From contig CAWGAC010000008.1 in NCBI GenBank assembly GCA_963820435.1, positions 6,497 through 70,496 of the forward strand: a stretch of DNA of 64,000 nt, in the 5' to 3' direction. Every line of letters begins with the position of its first letter. Position 1 is the stretch's first letter. The notes under the pieces are model-generated. The model searched no databases. It was not told where the DNA came from and was given only the letters and a program-made list of their open reading frames with translations. This stretch comes from an uncultured Spirochaetota bacterium. GTDB taxonomy: Bacteria; Spirochaetota; Spirochaetia; SZUA-6; Fen-1364. Positions 20,523 to 30,352 of this stretch are shown here, in pieces. A program made the translations under genes and the position numbers.

Positions 20523-21764
20523 TTATCCGATTGAATTGGTCGGCATGAGGCAGAAACTGGAGCTATGTGATTCGGCGACCGAAGGGAAGTGGACGGGCTG
20601 GTCCAGCATTTTTCCCTGCAGCTCCACCACCTCCGTGAAGTCAGCTGCCCGGAAGTGGGTGTAGTGTTGGCTCATCTTTGATGATCTGTGCCCCGTGATC
20701 TCTCTCACTTTCGCCTCAGGAACTCCTTTCGATAGGAGCAAGGTGTTCAGGAAGTGCCGGTGGGAGTGGAATGTTATGCCGCGTTGTTTTCGCTCGACCT
20801 CCTGGATGCCGATCAGCCGCATCGCCGCATAGAGTTTCTTCTCAATCCAATTCTTACTGATAGGGGTATCTTTCCTGGAGCCGCAATAGAACAAGATCGT
20901 GTTGGGTTTCGTTTCTGCGATAACCCGGCTCAGGGCGGTCCCAACGCGGGCTGAGATGGGCACATCGCGGACGCTACCGAACTTGGGGGGCTTTAGCCCA
21001 TATCCCTGTTCCCACGAGTGGCGGATCTCGACGTAGCCGGCCTTCACGTTCTCCACGCACAGGCCCCGTATCTCTCCCATGCGCATGCCCGTCGTCACAG
21101 CAAGGAGGTTGATCGTATAGTGCCGGTAGTCGCCCCACACGGCTGGGTCGGAAAGTAGCCGGGAGACCTCCTCTGGGCTGAGGATCCCGCGCTCGACTCC
21201 CTGGGCCCTTACAGGTTTCACAAAGGCTGCAGGATTTTCGGTGAGCCAACCGTCTGCCACGGCCCGCCCCAAAATGGTCCGCAGTGTCTGTAGCAGCTTG
21301 TTCACCGTTGCCGGGGCGATCGCCCCTTCTCGACACAGCCTGACTACCCACGCGTCGATCCTTCCGGGCGTGAGATCCTTCAGTCTGTGCTCGCCCCAGG
21401 CCGGGAGGATGTGGTTCCGGGTGTTGCTTTCGGCGATGTCCAGATAGCCCCTGGAACAAGAGTAGAGGTGTGCCATGCGTGACTGAGCGTATGCACCGTC
21501 GACGCTCCAGAAGCCTTTTGCGTACTCGCCCAAGGTGATGTGCTCCGCCTGCTCCTTTGCTTCGGCTGCCGACCTATCGGCTTGAGCCAAGTAGCGCTCG
21601 CACCAACGCACAGCCTCGTCCCGGCGGGTGCAGCCAGTTGATATCGCGCTTCGCCTCTGTCCAGTATCCAGATCGCGGAACCGAGCGTAGTAGATCGGTT
21701 TCCGTTGGCTCGGCCTTTTGTGAACGCTGTAAGGAGGTGTAGGGCGGACTGTTCGGCGTTCCAT
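20523..21764 (-). CDS. Tyrosine recombinase / phage integrase
   Basis: All catalytic residues visible: TGMRMGE (R), PPKFG (K), FHSHRH (HxxR), TGH, HYTH (Y). SAM-like domain upstream. Confidence 0.93.
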   Translation of the reverse strand: MERRTVRPTPPYSVHKRPSQRKPIYYARFRDLDTGQRRSAISTGCTRRDEAVRWCERYLAQADRSAAEAKEQAEHITLGEYAKGFWSVDGAYAQSRMAHLYSCSRGYLDIAESNTRNHILPAWGEHRLKDLTPGRIDAWVVRLCREGAIAPATVNKLLQTLRTILGRAVADGWLTENPAAFVKPVRAQGVERGILSPEEVSRLLSDPAVWGDYRHYTINLLAVTTGMRMGEIRGLCVENVKAGYVEIRHSWEQGYGLKPPKFGSVRDVPISARVGTALSRVIAETKPNTILFYCGSRKDTPISKNWIEKKLYAAMRLIGIQEVERKQRGITFHSHRHFLNTLLLSKGVPEAKVREITGHRSSKMSQHYTHFRAADFTEVVELQGKMLDQPVHFPSVAESHSSSFCLMPTNSIG

Positions 21765-21856
21765 GTTGACTCCGTTTCCCGCGAGCGCCTAAGGTGGTCA
21801 TACTCGTGGTCACATCTGAGCTACATGGAAGCGCCGGTTTTCCGGTGGCTTCCTAT

Positions 21857-21873
21857 TCCCTACAACGTAGGGA
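21857..21873 (-). terminator. Short hairpin just downstream of tRNA-Val
   Basis: TCCCTAC-AAC-GTAGGGA perfect 7-bp stem; no U-tract. Confidence 0.35.
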
Positions 21874-21879
21874 CTTATA

Positions 21880-21953
21880 TGGGCGATACTGGATTTGAAC
21901 CAGTGACTTCTACCGTGTGAAGGTAGCACTCTGGGCCGCTGAGTTAATCGCCC
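21880..21953 (-). tRNA. tRNA-Val (anticodon CAC)
   Basis: Folds as a 74-nt cloverleaf: acceptor GGGCGAT/ATCGCCC, anticodon arm CTACC-TTCACAC-GGTAG, T-loop TTCAAAT; CCA not encoded. Confidence 0.95.
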
Positions 21954-21968
21954 TAAAAATCCTCTGGT

Positions 21969-21998
21969 AAAGTACATCGGCGCTGGGTTTGCTGTCAA
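21969..21998 (-). promoter_or_regulatory. Sigma70-type promoter of tRNA-Val
   Basis: Minus strand TTGACA-18 bp-TACTTT, 15 bp upstream of the tRNA. Confidence 0.5.
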
Positions 21999-22236
21999 TC
22001 AGCGGCGGCCCGGCCAGCCTGATCAGTCTGACAGGCTTGGCAGCCCGTGTCTCGCGAATACCCGCGCGAACTACAGGGAGGCGCTCATTCTGCTATATTA
22101 AAATCAGAGCTTAAGTTGCAAGAAAGTAGACAAACCCGGAGCGATCAGGGGTCAGGAGGAATTCGGCATTTCAATTAATTTGCTTGTAAGCAATTAGAAG
22201 CAGTGCGCCCGGCCCGTTGTTGGTACCAAAATTGCA

Positions 22237-22905
22237 TTGAGAATAGCAGCGAACACATACTTCATGCAGGAGAGACGGGAATTGCTTCGCCAAGCCGAAA
22301 GCCGACAGACACAAGTTACTCAAGTTGCCGCCAGGTTTCAAGGGGAGATGGTCAGGAAGTCACTCCACCTCCTCATAGCGCTCGTGCCTGTTCTGGCAGC
22401 CGTTAATCTTCCCGCTACCATCGCCCTTCTGGCCATGGGAACCATATTCTACTCTCTTGCTGAAGCTTCGCGCCGTCAGGGCAACCCCGTGCTTGTGGTG
22501 AGCGATCTGACGCTCATCGCGGCCCGTGAAAAGGACATGGACGGCTTCGTGCTGGGTCCTGTCACCCTCGGTCTGGGTGCATTGCTCTCCTTGCTGCTGT
22601 ATCCGCTTCCCGCTGCCTCCATTGCCATCTTTGCGCTCGCTTTCGGGGACGGCTTTGCGGGCCTGGTGGGCACGGTCGTGAGGGGGCCGCGGATTCCATT
22701 CCTGAACGGCAAAACCCTGGCGGGCAGCTTCGCATGCTTCGCCGCGGTCTTCATTGTTACGTTCGGCATCACCTCGAATCCCGCTGATTCGCTCATCGTG
22801 GCCGCTGCCGCGACCTTCCTGGAAGGGATCCCCGCGGGCAATTTCGACAACATCATCATCCCGTTCGGCGTGGGAATGGTGGCCGCCAAGCTTCTCGTGC
22901 CATAG
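22237..22905 (+). CDS. SEC59/DGK1/VTE5-family polyprenol/diacylglycerol kinase (CTP_transf_1)
   Basis: RKSLH, ALAFGDGFAGLVG, GKTLAGS and FDNIIIP motifs; hydrophobic. Confidence 0.85.
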   Translation: MRIAANTYFMQERRELLRQAESRQTQVTQVAARFQGEMVRKSLHLLIALVPVLAAVNLPATIALLAMGTIFYSLAEASRRQGNPVLVVSDLTLIAAREKDMDGFVLGPVTLGLGALLSLLLYPLPAASIAIFALAFGDGFAGLVGTVVRGPRIPFLNGKTLAGSFACFAAVFIVTFGITSNPADSLIVAAAATFLEGIPAGNFDNIIIPFGVGMVAAKLLVP

Positions 22906-22939
22906 GCGCGGGCCGGCGCAGACGCGCCGTTTTTCACCC

Positions 22940-23796
22940 TCAATCGGCGTTTTTTCCAGCCGCGGTCACGTAGAGCGCCGAGATCATCCGCAGACACAAC
23001 ACGATTCCCCCGGTCAACGCGGCCAGGCCTGCCGCCAGGATCACCGGATTTGCACCGAAGAAGAGCAGCTCACGCGAGACAAGCAGAAGCGCGAGGCCGG
23101 CCGCGAGCCAGAGGTACCTTCCCTCCCGTCTGGCAGGGGCAGCGGCCGCGGCGGTGCAGAGCGCAAGGGCGCCTATGATGAGACTCACGAACCAGACCCC
23201 CTGCTCGTCTCCCAGCTTCCAGGTGAGCTGCATGAGGAACACGGTCCGATCCACGGGGATGTACGCGGCCATGGCAAATGAGACGAGGAAAATGACCGCA
23301 GTGAGCACGCCATACCTTCTGTACTTGAAGTCGATGCAGTACAGGCCCGTCAGCAGCAGCCCCAGCAGGCCCACGAACCGGGCCCAGTAGATCATCCGGG
23401 TAAGAACGACAACAGTGGAAATAGAGCCGTCCATTGCATACAGGTACGCGGTGCCGGCGCGCAGACATTCCGGGCCGAGGGAAAAGAGAAACAGCATCAG
23501 GGACGGAAAAAGCATCGAACCGCCCCGACGAAAGAGAGCGAGGGCTCGAAACGCCGCGGCAGCCGCGATGCACGACGTGGCAATGGCTGCGCCGATGCGC
23601 CAGAGGGCGCCGGGAGAGCCCCCTGCGGCGGGTCGTGATAGCTGAACCACCAGGTATTGTCGGGAAGAGGGAGAAGGGGCTCGGCGGTGCGCGGCACTGT
23701 CAGGAAGAGAGCCAGGGCCAGGGCCGCGGAGGCAATGAGCAGGACCGTGATGACGGCCGCCACGTAGAAAGCGACGATTCCTGCGGGCGTTCGCAT
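22940..23796 (-). CDS. Hypothetical polytopic membrane protein (frameshift near 23600)
   Basis: N-terminus MRTPAGIVAF... (ORF 23497-23796) joins the hydrophobic ORF 22940-23824. Confidence 0.6.
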
Positions 23797-23802
23797 CCGG
23801 GC

Positions 23803-23845
23803 ATACTACGATGTTATTTGCCAAAAGGTCAAAACATTGTAGACT
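23803..23845. promoter_or_regulatory. Overlapping divergent sigma70 promoters, both apparently leaderless
   Basis: Plus strand: TTGCCA-16-TAGACT-5 nt-ATG(23851). Minus strand: TTGACC-18-TAGTAT-6 nt-ATG(23796). Confidence 0.55.
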
Positions 23846-23850
23846 TTCCC

Positions 23851-24867
23851 ATGATCATTATTTTCCGCAAGGACGCCACCGAAGAGCAGATCCAGAGCGC
23901 TCTGCGAAAGATAGGGACCCTCGGCTATACCCCGCACCTGAGCAGGGGTGCCGTCAAGACGATCTGCGGTGTCACGGGCGACGACCGGGCGATCTCGGAA
24001 TCCGAGTTCGACCAGATGCCGGGCGTCGAAAGCGTCCTGCGCGTGCTCAAGCCCTACAAGCTGGCCTCGCGGGAGTTCCACCCCGAACCCACGCGCGTGG
24101 AGGTGGGAGAGGTCAGCGTCGGTCTCGGGAACTTTGCGGTGATCGCGGGCCCCTGCTCGGTGGAAACCGAGGAGCAGGTCGAGTCCATCGCGAAGCTGGT
24201 GAGCGGTCTCGGGCTGAAACTCCTGCGGGGCGGCGCATTCAAGCCGCGGTCTTCACCGTATTCCTTCCAGGGTCTGGGCGAACAGGGGCTTCAGATCCTC
24301 AGCGCCGCGGCGCGCCGGCACGGGCTTACCGTTGTCACGGAAATCATGTCGGAGCACGACGTGGAGCTCGTGGGACGCTACTCGGGCGTTTTCCAGGTCG
24401 GGGCACGAAACATGCAGAACTTCGCGCTCCTGAAAGCCCTCGGTGAAACGCGCGCGCCCATTCTCCTCAAGAGGAGCATGATGGGCACCATCGAGGAGCT
24501 GCTTCTGTCCGCCGAATACATCATGAAGGGCGGGAACCCGCACGTCATCCTCTGTGAAAGGGGCATCCGGACCTTTGAAACCCAGACGCGCAACACGCTC
24601 GATATCGCGGCAGTTCCGGTCATCAAGCGTCTCAGTCACCTCCCCATTCTCGTGGATCCCAGCCACGCGATGGGTGACTGGCACTATGTGGCCCCTGCCT
24701 CTCTCGCTGCCATTGCCGCGGGTGCGGACGGGATCCTCATAGAGATCCATCCTGATCCCGCAATGGCCAAGTCAGACGGCAAGCAGAGCCTCAATTTCGC
24801 CCATTTCGAGGCATTGCTGGCCCGTCTGCGCGAGCTTGCGCCCCACCTGGGGGTCGCGGTCCAGTAG
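23851..24867 (+). CDS. aroF: 3-deoxy-7-phosphoheptulonate synthase, type I-beta
   Basis: IAGPCSVE, RGGAFKPRSSPYSFQG, QVGARNMQNF, LCERGIRTF and VDPSHA; N-terminal regulatory domain. Confidence 0.95.
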   Translation: MIIIFRKDATEEQIQSALRKIGTLGYTPHLSRGAVKTICGVTGDDRAISESEFDQMPGVESVLRVLKPYKLASREFHPEPTRVEVGEVSVGLGNFAVIAGPCSVETEEQVESIAKLVSGLGLKLLRGGAFKPRSSPYSFQGLGEQGLQILSAAARRHGLTVVTEIMSEHDVELVGRYSGVFQVGARNMQNFALLKALGETRAPILLKRSMMGTIEELLLSAEYIMKGGNPHVILCERGIRTFETQTRNTLDIAAVPVIKRLSHLPILVDPSHAMGDWHYVAPASLAAIAAGADGILIEIHPDPAMAKSDGKQSLNFAHFEALLARLRELAPHLGVAVQ

Positions 24868-24930
24868 CGGCTGCGCCAAATTCCTCTATAGAATACGGCA
24901 GGTAGTACGATACTATAACCAGGAGCACCT

Positions 24931-25623
24931 ATGGCAAAACGGTTTGCCCTGGTCGGGGCCCTGTTTCTCGCGGTGGCGAGCTTCGCTTCCACGGGCGACA
25001 TCGCTTTGTTCGTGAATCTCGGATTCTCATCAGATTCGAAGTACTTCATGTTCGGGCAGTACGGGATTCTCGAAAAGAACTCCACTCCCTGGGCGGATTC
25101 GTACATTATCGACGTGCGCGCCAATGCGTATGTTCCACGGGGCACGAACCGGTTCTCCTCCGCCCAGCCCGTCGAGCCGGGCGCAAGCGCCGTGGGAGCC
25201 CTCTTGAACACCCTCAACGACAGCACTGCGCAGAAGAAGCAGTACCGGATCGACCACCTTCTCACCGGGCGGCTGCTCTACGTCCTTATCGACGGTGAGC
25301 AGGCCGCCGATACCCTCGAGTTCAGGGACTTCCCATCGGGCAGATCCTACAAGGTGAGCCTCATTCAGGGCACCGGGACAACCGACTCCTACCCGAGCTC
25401 CTCTTTCAGCCTCGCCATCTCCATCATCGAGAAGGACGGGAAGACCCGAACCCTCACCGCAGGCAACTCCTCGTACAGGAGACCGGGCGTAAAGGCGTAT
25501 CATATCAAGCAGATCATCCTCGCCCCTGACGGCAACTCCCTGGTTTTCCTGATCCAGAAAGAGGAGCAGGACTCTCACGGGAGCAATGTCCGCTACATGG
25601 TGGAGACGGTCAAGGTGAAATGA
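24931..25623 (+). CDS. DUF2259-like secreted protein
   Basis: Signal peptide followed by GDIALFVNLGFSSDSKYFMFGQYG, typical of this family; AGGAG RBS. Confidence 0.7.
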   Translation: MAKRFALVGALFLAVASFASTGDIALFVNLGFSSDSKYFMFGQYGILEKNSTPWADSYIIDVRANAYVPRGTNRFSSAQPVEPGASAVGALLNTLNDSTAQKKQYRIDHLLTGRLLYVLIDGEQAADTLEFRDFPSGRSYKVSLIQGTGTTDSYPSSSFSLAISIIEKDGKTRTLTAGNSSYRRPGVKAYHIKQIILAPDGNSLVFLIQKEEQDSHGSNVRYMVETVKVK

Positions 25624-25688
25624 CGCCCCGGGAGGGGCCCCCAGAGCGCTCCGCCGGGCTGTTTGCGCGCGCCCCGAGTGAAATCTTA

Positions 25689-25717
25689 TTGACACCCGCC
25701 CATGGCGCCCTTAGAAT
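25689..25717 (+). promoter_or_regulatory. Sigma70 promoter of proS
   Basis: TTGACA-17 bp-TAGAAT. Confidence 0.75.
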
Positions 25718-25740
25718 GCCGCACACACAAAGAGGCTGGA

Positions 25741-27171
25741 ATGGCAGAGAAAATCACGCCCCGGGCAACGGACTATTCTCAGTGGTACATCGACGTCGTC
25801 ATCAATGCGAAGCTGGCAGACTACGCGCCGGTGAAGGGCTGCATGGTGATCCGCCCGCGCGGCTATGCGCTCTGGGAGAGGATCCAGCAGGGCCTGGACG
25901 GCCTCTTCAAGGAAACCGGCCACGTCAACGCGTACTTTCCCCTCCTCATTCCTGAGAGCTTCATCAAGAAGGAGGCCGAGCACGTGGAGGGCTTTTCTCC
26001 CGAGCTGGCCGTCGTGACCCAGGCGGGTGGGGAGATACTCGAAGAGCCGCTCGTGATCCGGCCCACCTCGGAGACGATCATCTGGGCCATGTACAAGAAA
26101 TGGATCCAGTCCTATCGCGATCTGCCTCTCCTCATCAACCAGTGGTGCAACATCATCCGCTGGGAGAAGCGCACACGGCTTTTCCTGCGCACCACGGAGT
26201 TCCTCTGGCAGGAGGGCCACACGGCCCACGCCACCGCGGCCGAGGCGGAGGAGGAGACGCTGCGCATGGTGGGCGTGTACAAGACGTTCGCAGAGCAGTA
26301 CATGGCGGTGCCCGTCCTGCACGGCGTGAAGACGGACTCGGAAAAGTTCGCGGGTGCCGTGCGCACGTATTGCATCGAGGCCATGATGCAGGACAGGAAG
26401 GCGCTGCAGGCGGGCACGTCCCACAACCTGGGCCAGAACTTTGCGCGGGCCTTCGACGTCACCTTTCAGACAAGGGAGAAGACCCTCGACCACGTATGGG
26501 CAACGTCCTGGGGCGCGTCCACCCGGCTCATCGGCGCGCTCATCATGGCCCACTCGGACGACAAGGGCCTCGTCCTCCCGCCGCGGCTTGCTCCCATCGA
26601 GGTCGTGATCGTTCCCATATTCAAGAACGACACGAAGGAGGCGGTGCTTGCTTTCGCGAGGAAGCTGCGTGACTCCCTGGCCGCGGCATTCAGGGTCACG
26701 CTGGACGAGGATGATCAGAATACGCCGGGGTGGAAGTTTTCCGAGTACGAGCTGCAGGGAATTCCGGTGCGCGTGGAAATCGGTCCGCGGGACATGGAAA
26801 AGGCGCAATTCGTGGCCGTGCGCCGCGACACGGGTGAGAAAGCCTTTGTTCCCGTGGCCGAGGCGGGTGAAAAACTGCGCGCCCTGTTGAACACGATCCA
26901 GGAATCGCTCTACCAACGCGCCCTGAAGTTCCGCCAGGACAATACGTTCCGAGTCGCGGACTACGGCGAGTTCAAGACAAAGCTCGACGATCCGGGGGGA
27001 TTCATCGAAGCGGGCTGGTGCGGGGACCCGGCGTGCGAGGCGAAAGTGAAGGAGGAGACCAAGGCGACCATCCGCCTTCTCCCGATGCAAAAGATCGAAA
27101 CAGCAGGCGCTCCGTGCATCGTGTGCGGAAAGACCGCTCAAGTCATCGCCGTCTTCGGACGCGCGTACTAG
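25741..27171 (+). CDS. proS: Proline--tRNA ligase (archaeal/eukaryote type)
   Basis: [35 protein letters not shown] and PGWKF; C-terminal Zn-binding TIR...C..C. Confidence 0.96.
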   Translation: MAEKITPRATDYSQWYIDVVINAKLADYAPVKGCMVIRPRGYALWERIQQGLDGLFKETGHVNAYFPLLIPESFIKKEAEHVEGFSPELAVVTQAGGEILEEPLVIRPTSETIIWAMYKKWIQSYRDLPLLINQWCNIIRWEKRTRLFLRTTEFLWQEGHTAHATAAEAEEETLRMVGVYKTFAEQYMAVPVLHGVKTDSEKFAGAVRTYCIEAMMQDRKALQAGTSHNLGQNFARAFDVTFQTREKTLDHVWATSWGASTRLIGALIMAHSDDKGLVLPPRLAPIEVVIVPIFKNDTKEAVLAFARKLRDSLAAAFRVTLDEDDQNTPGWKFSEYELQGIPVRVEIGPRDMEKAQFVAVRRDTGEKAFVPVAEAGEKLRALLNTIQESLYQRALKFRQDNTFRVADYGEFKTKLDDPGGFIEAGWCGDPACEAKVKEETKATIRLLPMQKIETAGAPCIVCGKTAQVIAVFGRAY

Positions 27172-28222
27172 CCGCCCTTCTGGCGGCTGCCGGCGCGCTC
27201 GCCGCGCTTGCCTCCTGCTCGGGGGGAAAGCCGGGGCACCGGCGCGCGCTTCCTGGTTCCAGCTCCAGGCAGGGGCTTTTCAACCCGTTGCCGGGCCGGG
27301 ATCGTCGCCCTCGGTGTCCGAGCTGCCGTGGACAATCCAGTCCCGGGTGGCGGATATGGCGTTCCTCGGAAGCACGCTCTATTGCGCCGTGAATGGAACG
27401 GGCCTGGCCGCAATAGAGCTCGATGCGGCGGGCGCGCCTGTATTTGCCTATCATGCGGACCCCCTCATCTTCGCGCATCGCACCATCACCACGCTCGTCC
27501 CGCGGCAGGGAACTCTCGCCGTGCACCTCTACTTCAACGCGCTGCTGAACGACGCACGACAGCGGGATCTGCCCATCTCGGGCATCAGCATCGTCTGCTT
27601 TCTCCCCGCGCAGTCCGATTTTTCCTTTCTCATTCCTCCCTTCCAGAGGAGGAATCCCGATTGGGAAGCCGTGGGTTTTGCGCCGGAATCGGAGAACCAG
27701 TTCGACTTCGAATGGAAGTACACGGACGCCATGGAGACGCGCTTTGCGTACACGCGCTACCGCGCCGACACGCAGGTGGAGGAGGGCACGAGCAGGGACG
27801 CCTATCTCGCCGCACTCGGGGTGCCTTCCATCTCGGGCTCACAGGTGCCGTCGGATCTCGGCGAGTTCTTCGAGACCTGTCGAAAATCAATACCGAGGCT
27901 CGCGCCCTCCGCCTCGCTCCAGTTCGCGTTGCGGTCCAGGGAAAACCCCGTCCGCCGGAGCTACCGATCTCAGCCGGTGAGCGATTCCGCCGTGATGATT
28001 CCCGTCTTCGAGGAGGAAGGCGCGCGCCTTGCCCTCATTCCCGGCGGACGGGTGATTGCCTCTGCGGCATCGTCCCGGCCCATCGACCTTCCCGGTCTGC
28101 CGCGCGCGTTCCGCTATACGGATTTCGTGAAGGTGGGGGACCTCCTCATCGTTGCGTGGGAGGAAACCGCGTTCACGAACGTGGGGAGGGCAGGGCTCCT
28201 GCTTTTTCGGCCCCGGCCGTAG
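27123..28222 (+). CDS. Hypothetical lipoprotein (frameshift near 27250-27310)
   Basis: Lipobox-type signal [18 protein letters not shown] in the frame overlapping the proS end; body in ORF 27314-28222. The start is uncertain. Confidence 0.5.
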
Positions 28223-28937
28223 CGACACCACCGGGCTGGCTGGATGTGCTCATGAAAAAGGGGAGGTCGAAGACAAGCGGCTCCTCCACGAGAAAGCCCT
28301 CCGCATGGGCCACGCCGAGCAGGTTCCCGTACGCTTCCCTGAACCTGCGCAGGCCGTCCAGCACTTTGCCGTCCCGGAGGCTCATCTGCGACTGGTGGCA
28401 GCGCGCAATCGACTCCCATTCAGCCATGTAAGGAGACACGTCGTTCAGGAGGGTCGGCGTGCGCGATCGGGGCACCATGTAGTAGATAATGTGCTCCGCA
28501 TTCCACGGTTCCCCGCGCGCGTCTTTCAGCCCGGCGAACCGGGCATAGCGGGTCGCGGAACGCACGATTGTGCCCGTGGCGGTATGATCGGGGTGGGCGC
28601 CGCCGTCCTTGTGATTGCTGGGATTCGTGTGATAGGGGGCAAAGACGAGCCGGGGCCGGAACTTGCGGATGGCCTCGGCCAGCCGCAGCCGGGCCTCGTA
28701 GGTGTCGAAGATCTGGCAGTCGTGGAATGAAAGAATCTCCAGCTCTCCGCCCAGCATTTCAGCGGCCGCGCGCATCTCCCCTTCCCGCTGCTCCGGCGTG
28801 CCGAAGGTGCCCGCCTCGCCGCGCGTGAGGACGCAGAGCGCAACGGACGCTCCCGCCCGCGCGAACTTGACCATGCTTGCACCCATCCCGAACTCCGCAT
28901 CGTCGGGGTGCGCGCCGAATACCAGTATATCCGCCAT
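28173..28937 (-). CDS. PIG-L / LmbE-family N-acetyl deacetylase (BshB1-like)
   Basis: VFGAHPDDAE, LTRGEAG and HPDH motifs. Confidence 0.85.
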   Translation of the reverse strand: MADILVFGAHPDDAEFGMGASMVKFARAGASVALCVLTRGEAGTFGTPEQREGEMRAAAEMLGGELEILSFHDCQIFDTYEARLRLAEAIRKFRPRLVFAPYHTNPSNHKDGGAHPDHTATGTIVRSATRYARFAGLKDARGEPWNAEHIIYYMVPRSRTPTLLNDVSPYMAEWESIARCHQSQMSLRDGKVLDGLRRFREAYGNLLGVAHAEGFLVEEPLVFDLPFFMSTSSQPGGVATAGAEKAGALPSPRS

Positions 28938-28944
28938 CAGCAAG

Positions 28945-28973
28945 AAGATACGCGCCGTGCGCACGCCGGTCAA
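28945..28973 (-). promoter_or_regulatory. Sigma70 promoter, apparently leaderless
   Basis: TTGACC-17-TATCTT-7 nt-ATG with no Shine-Dalgarno. Confidence 0.65.
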
Positions 28974-29061
28974 GGAAAGGACGGGATGCGGTATCAGGCT
29001 GACGCGGTATCAGGCTGCACTTGACAACGCCGGATCACTGGGCAATTCTGGCGCAACAGTC

Positions 29062-30352
29062 ATGGACGCGGAGCTTCGCAGTTTTCTCACGCACAACAAG
29101 CTCCTGAAGGGAATGACGGAAGACCAGCTCCGCAAGGTGAGTGACCTGGTGACCCGTGAGACTTTCCCCCCGGGGGCCGTGATCGTGCGGCAGTCGGAGA
29201 CGCCCGATCGGGTATACCTCCTTGCGGCGGGAAGGGTCGAGGTGCGCCGGCGGCTGCCGGGCGCCGAGGAAATGGGGATTGCGGAGCTTGAGGCAGGGGA
29301 CTTCTTCGGCGAGATGGCGGTGATCATCGGCGCATCGGTGCATTCGGCCAGCGTCACAGCCCTCAGCCCGGTCACGACGCTCTCCCTGACGACGGATGGA
29401 TTCACGCGGCTGCTCGAGGACTATCCCGGGACGACCCGCAACGTTCTCTCCAACATCATCCTCCAGCTCCAGGGGTTGAACTACAAGTGGCTGGAGACTC
29501 TCCGCGTGGAGAAAGACGTGCTGGAGCGGAAGGTACGCGAGCGTACGCAGCAGCTCGAGGCGGTGGGAGAGAAGGTGCGGCGCGAGCTGCTCCTGGCGCA
29601 GAACATCCAGCGCAACCTCCTGCCGGAAAAGCGCAAGAGCTACCCCGGGGTCTCCATCGCCTCGGAGTACATTCCCTGCGACGAGCTCGGAGGGGACATC
29701 ACCGGCGTGTTCCAGATCGATGAGTACCGCCTGGCCGTGTATGGCGGAGACGTGTGCGGTCACGGCATCTACGCGGCCATGGTGATGAGCTACGTGAAGA
29801 AGCTCATCGAAACCTCGGTGAAGAGAATTCTGCTCAACCGGCAGTACGTCGTGAAACCTCCCGGCGCGGTTGTCACCGCGATCAATCACAGCTTCATCAC
29901 CGAGATCAACCAGGGGGACCCCGAGATCTATCTCACGCTCTTTCTCGGCGTGCTGGACCTTCGCGGGTTCGCGTTCCAGTACGCCTCCGCGGGCATCCAC
30001 GTCCCCCCTGTCGTGCTCTCCGCGGGCAAAGCCAGGGAATTGTTCGATCACTCGGATTACCCCATCGGACACGTGATGGATAACGAGTATGAGACCCTGC
30101 GGGCAAGCTTCGCACCGGGGGACGCCCTGCTGTTCGTGAGCGACGGGGTGATCGAGGCCGAGCCGGGGGCAGGAGACCTTCGGCATGGAGCGGCTGAAGG
30201 CCGAGGCGACCCGTATCATCCAGGAGACGGGAAGCCTGGACGTGGACCGGGTCATGGGATCGGTCCGCGCGTTTCTCGGCGACGACCCTCCCCAGGATGA
30301 CATCTGCCTCCTCGCCATGGCTTTCAGCCGGCCGGAGTACTCCGCCCCGTGA
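29062..30352 (+). CDS. cNMP-binding domain + SpoIIE/PP2C protein phosphatase (frameshift near 30170)
   Basis: GDFFGEMA..SASV (cNMP), coiled coil, ELGGD, GDVCGHG, FVSDG and QDDICLL in the shifted frame. Confidence 0.85.

Larger units (their letters stand above)
1..21880 (-). mobile_element. Integrative, phage-satellite-like island at the tRNA-Val 3' end, carrying defence cargo; left boundary is outside the window
   Basis: Tyrosine integrase starts 116 bp downstream of the tRNA-Val 3' end. It is followed on the same strand by xis-like, rep-like and terS-like genes, IS elements and defence genes. No duplicate of the tRNA 3' end was seen by eye within the window. Confidence 0.65.

Noticed and set aside
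1-21860. Second attachment site (repeat of the tRNA-Val 3' end)
   Set aside because: Not found by eye in the window; an exact-match search including upstream sequence is needed.
28173-28937. Bacillithiol or mycothiol pathway from the PIG-L deacetylase
   Set aside because: No glycosyltransferase or ligase partner is nearby, and the family has many substrates.
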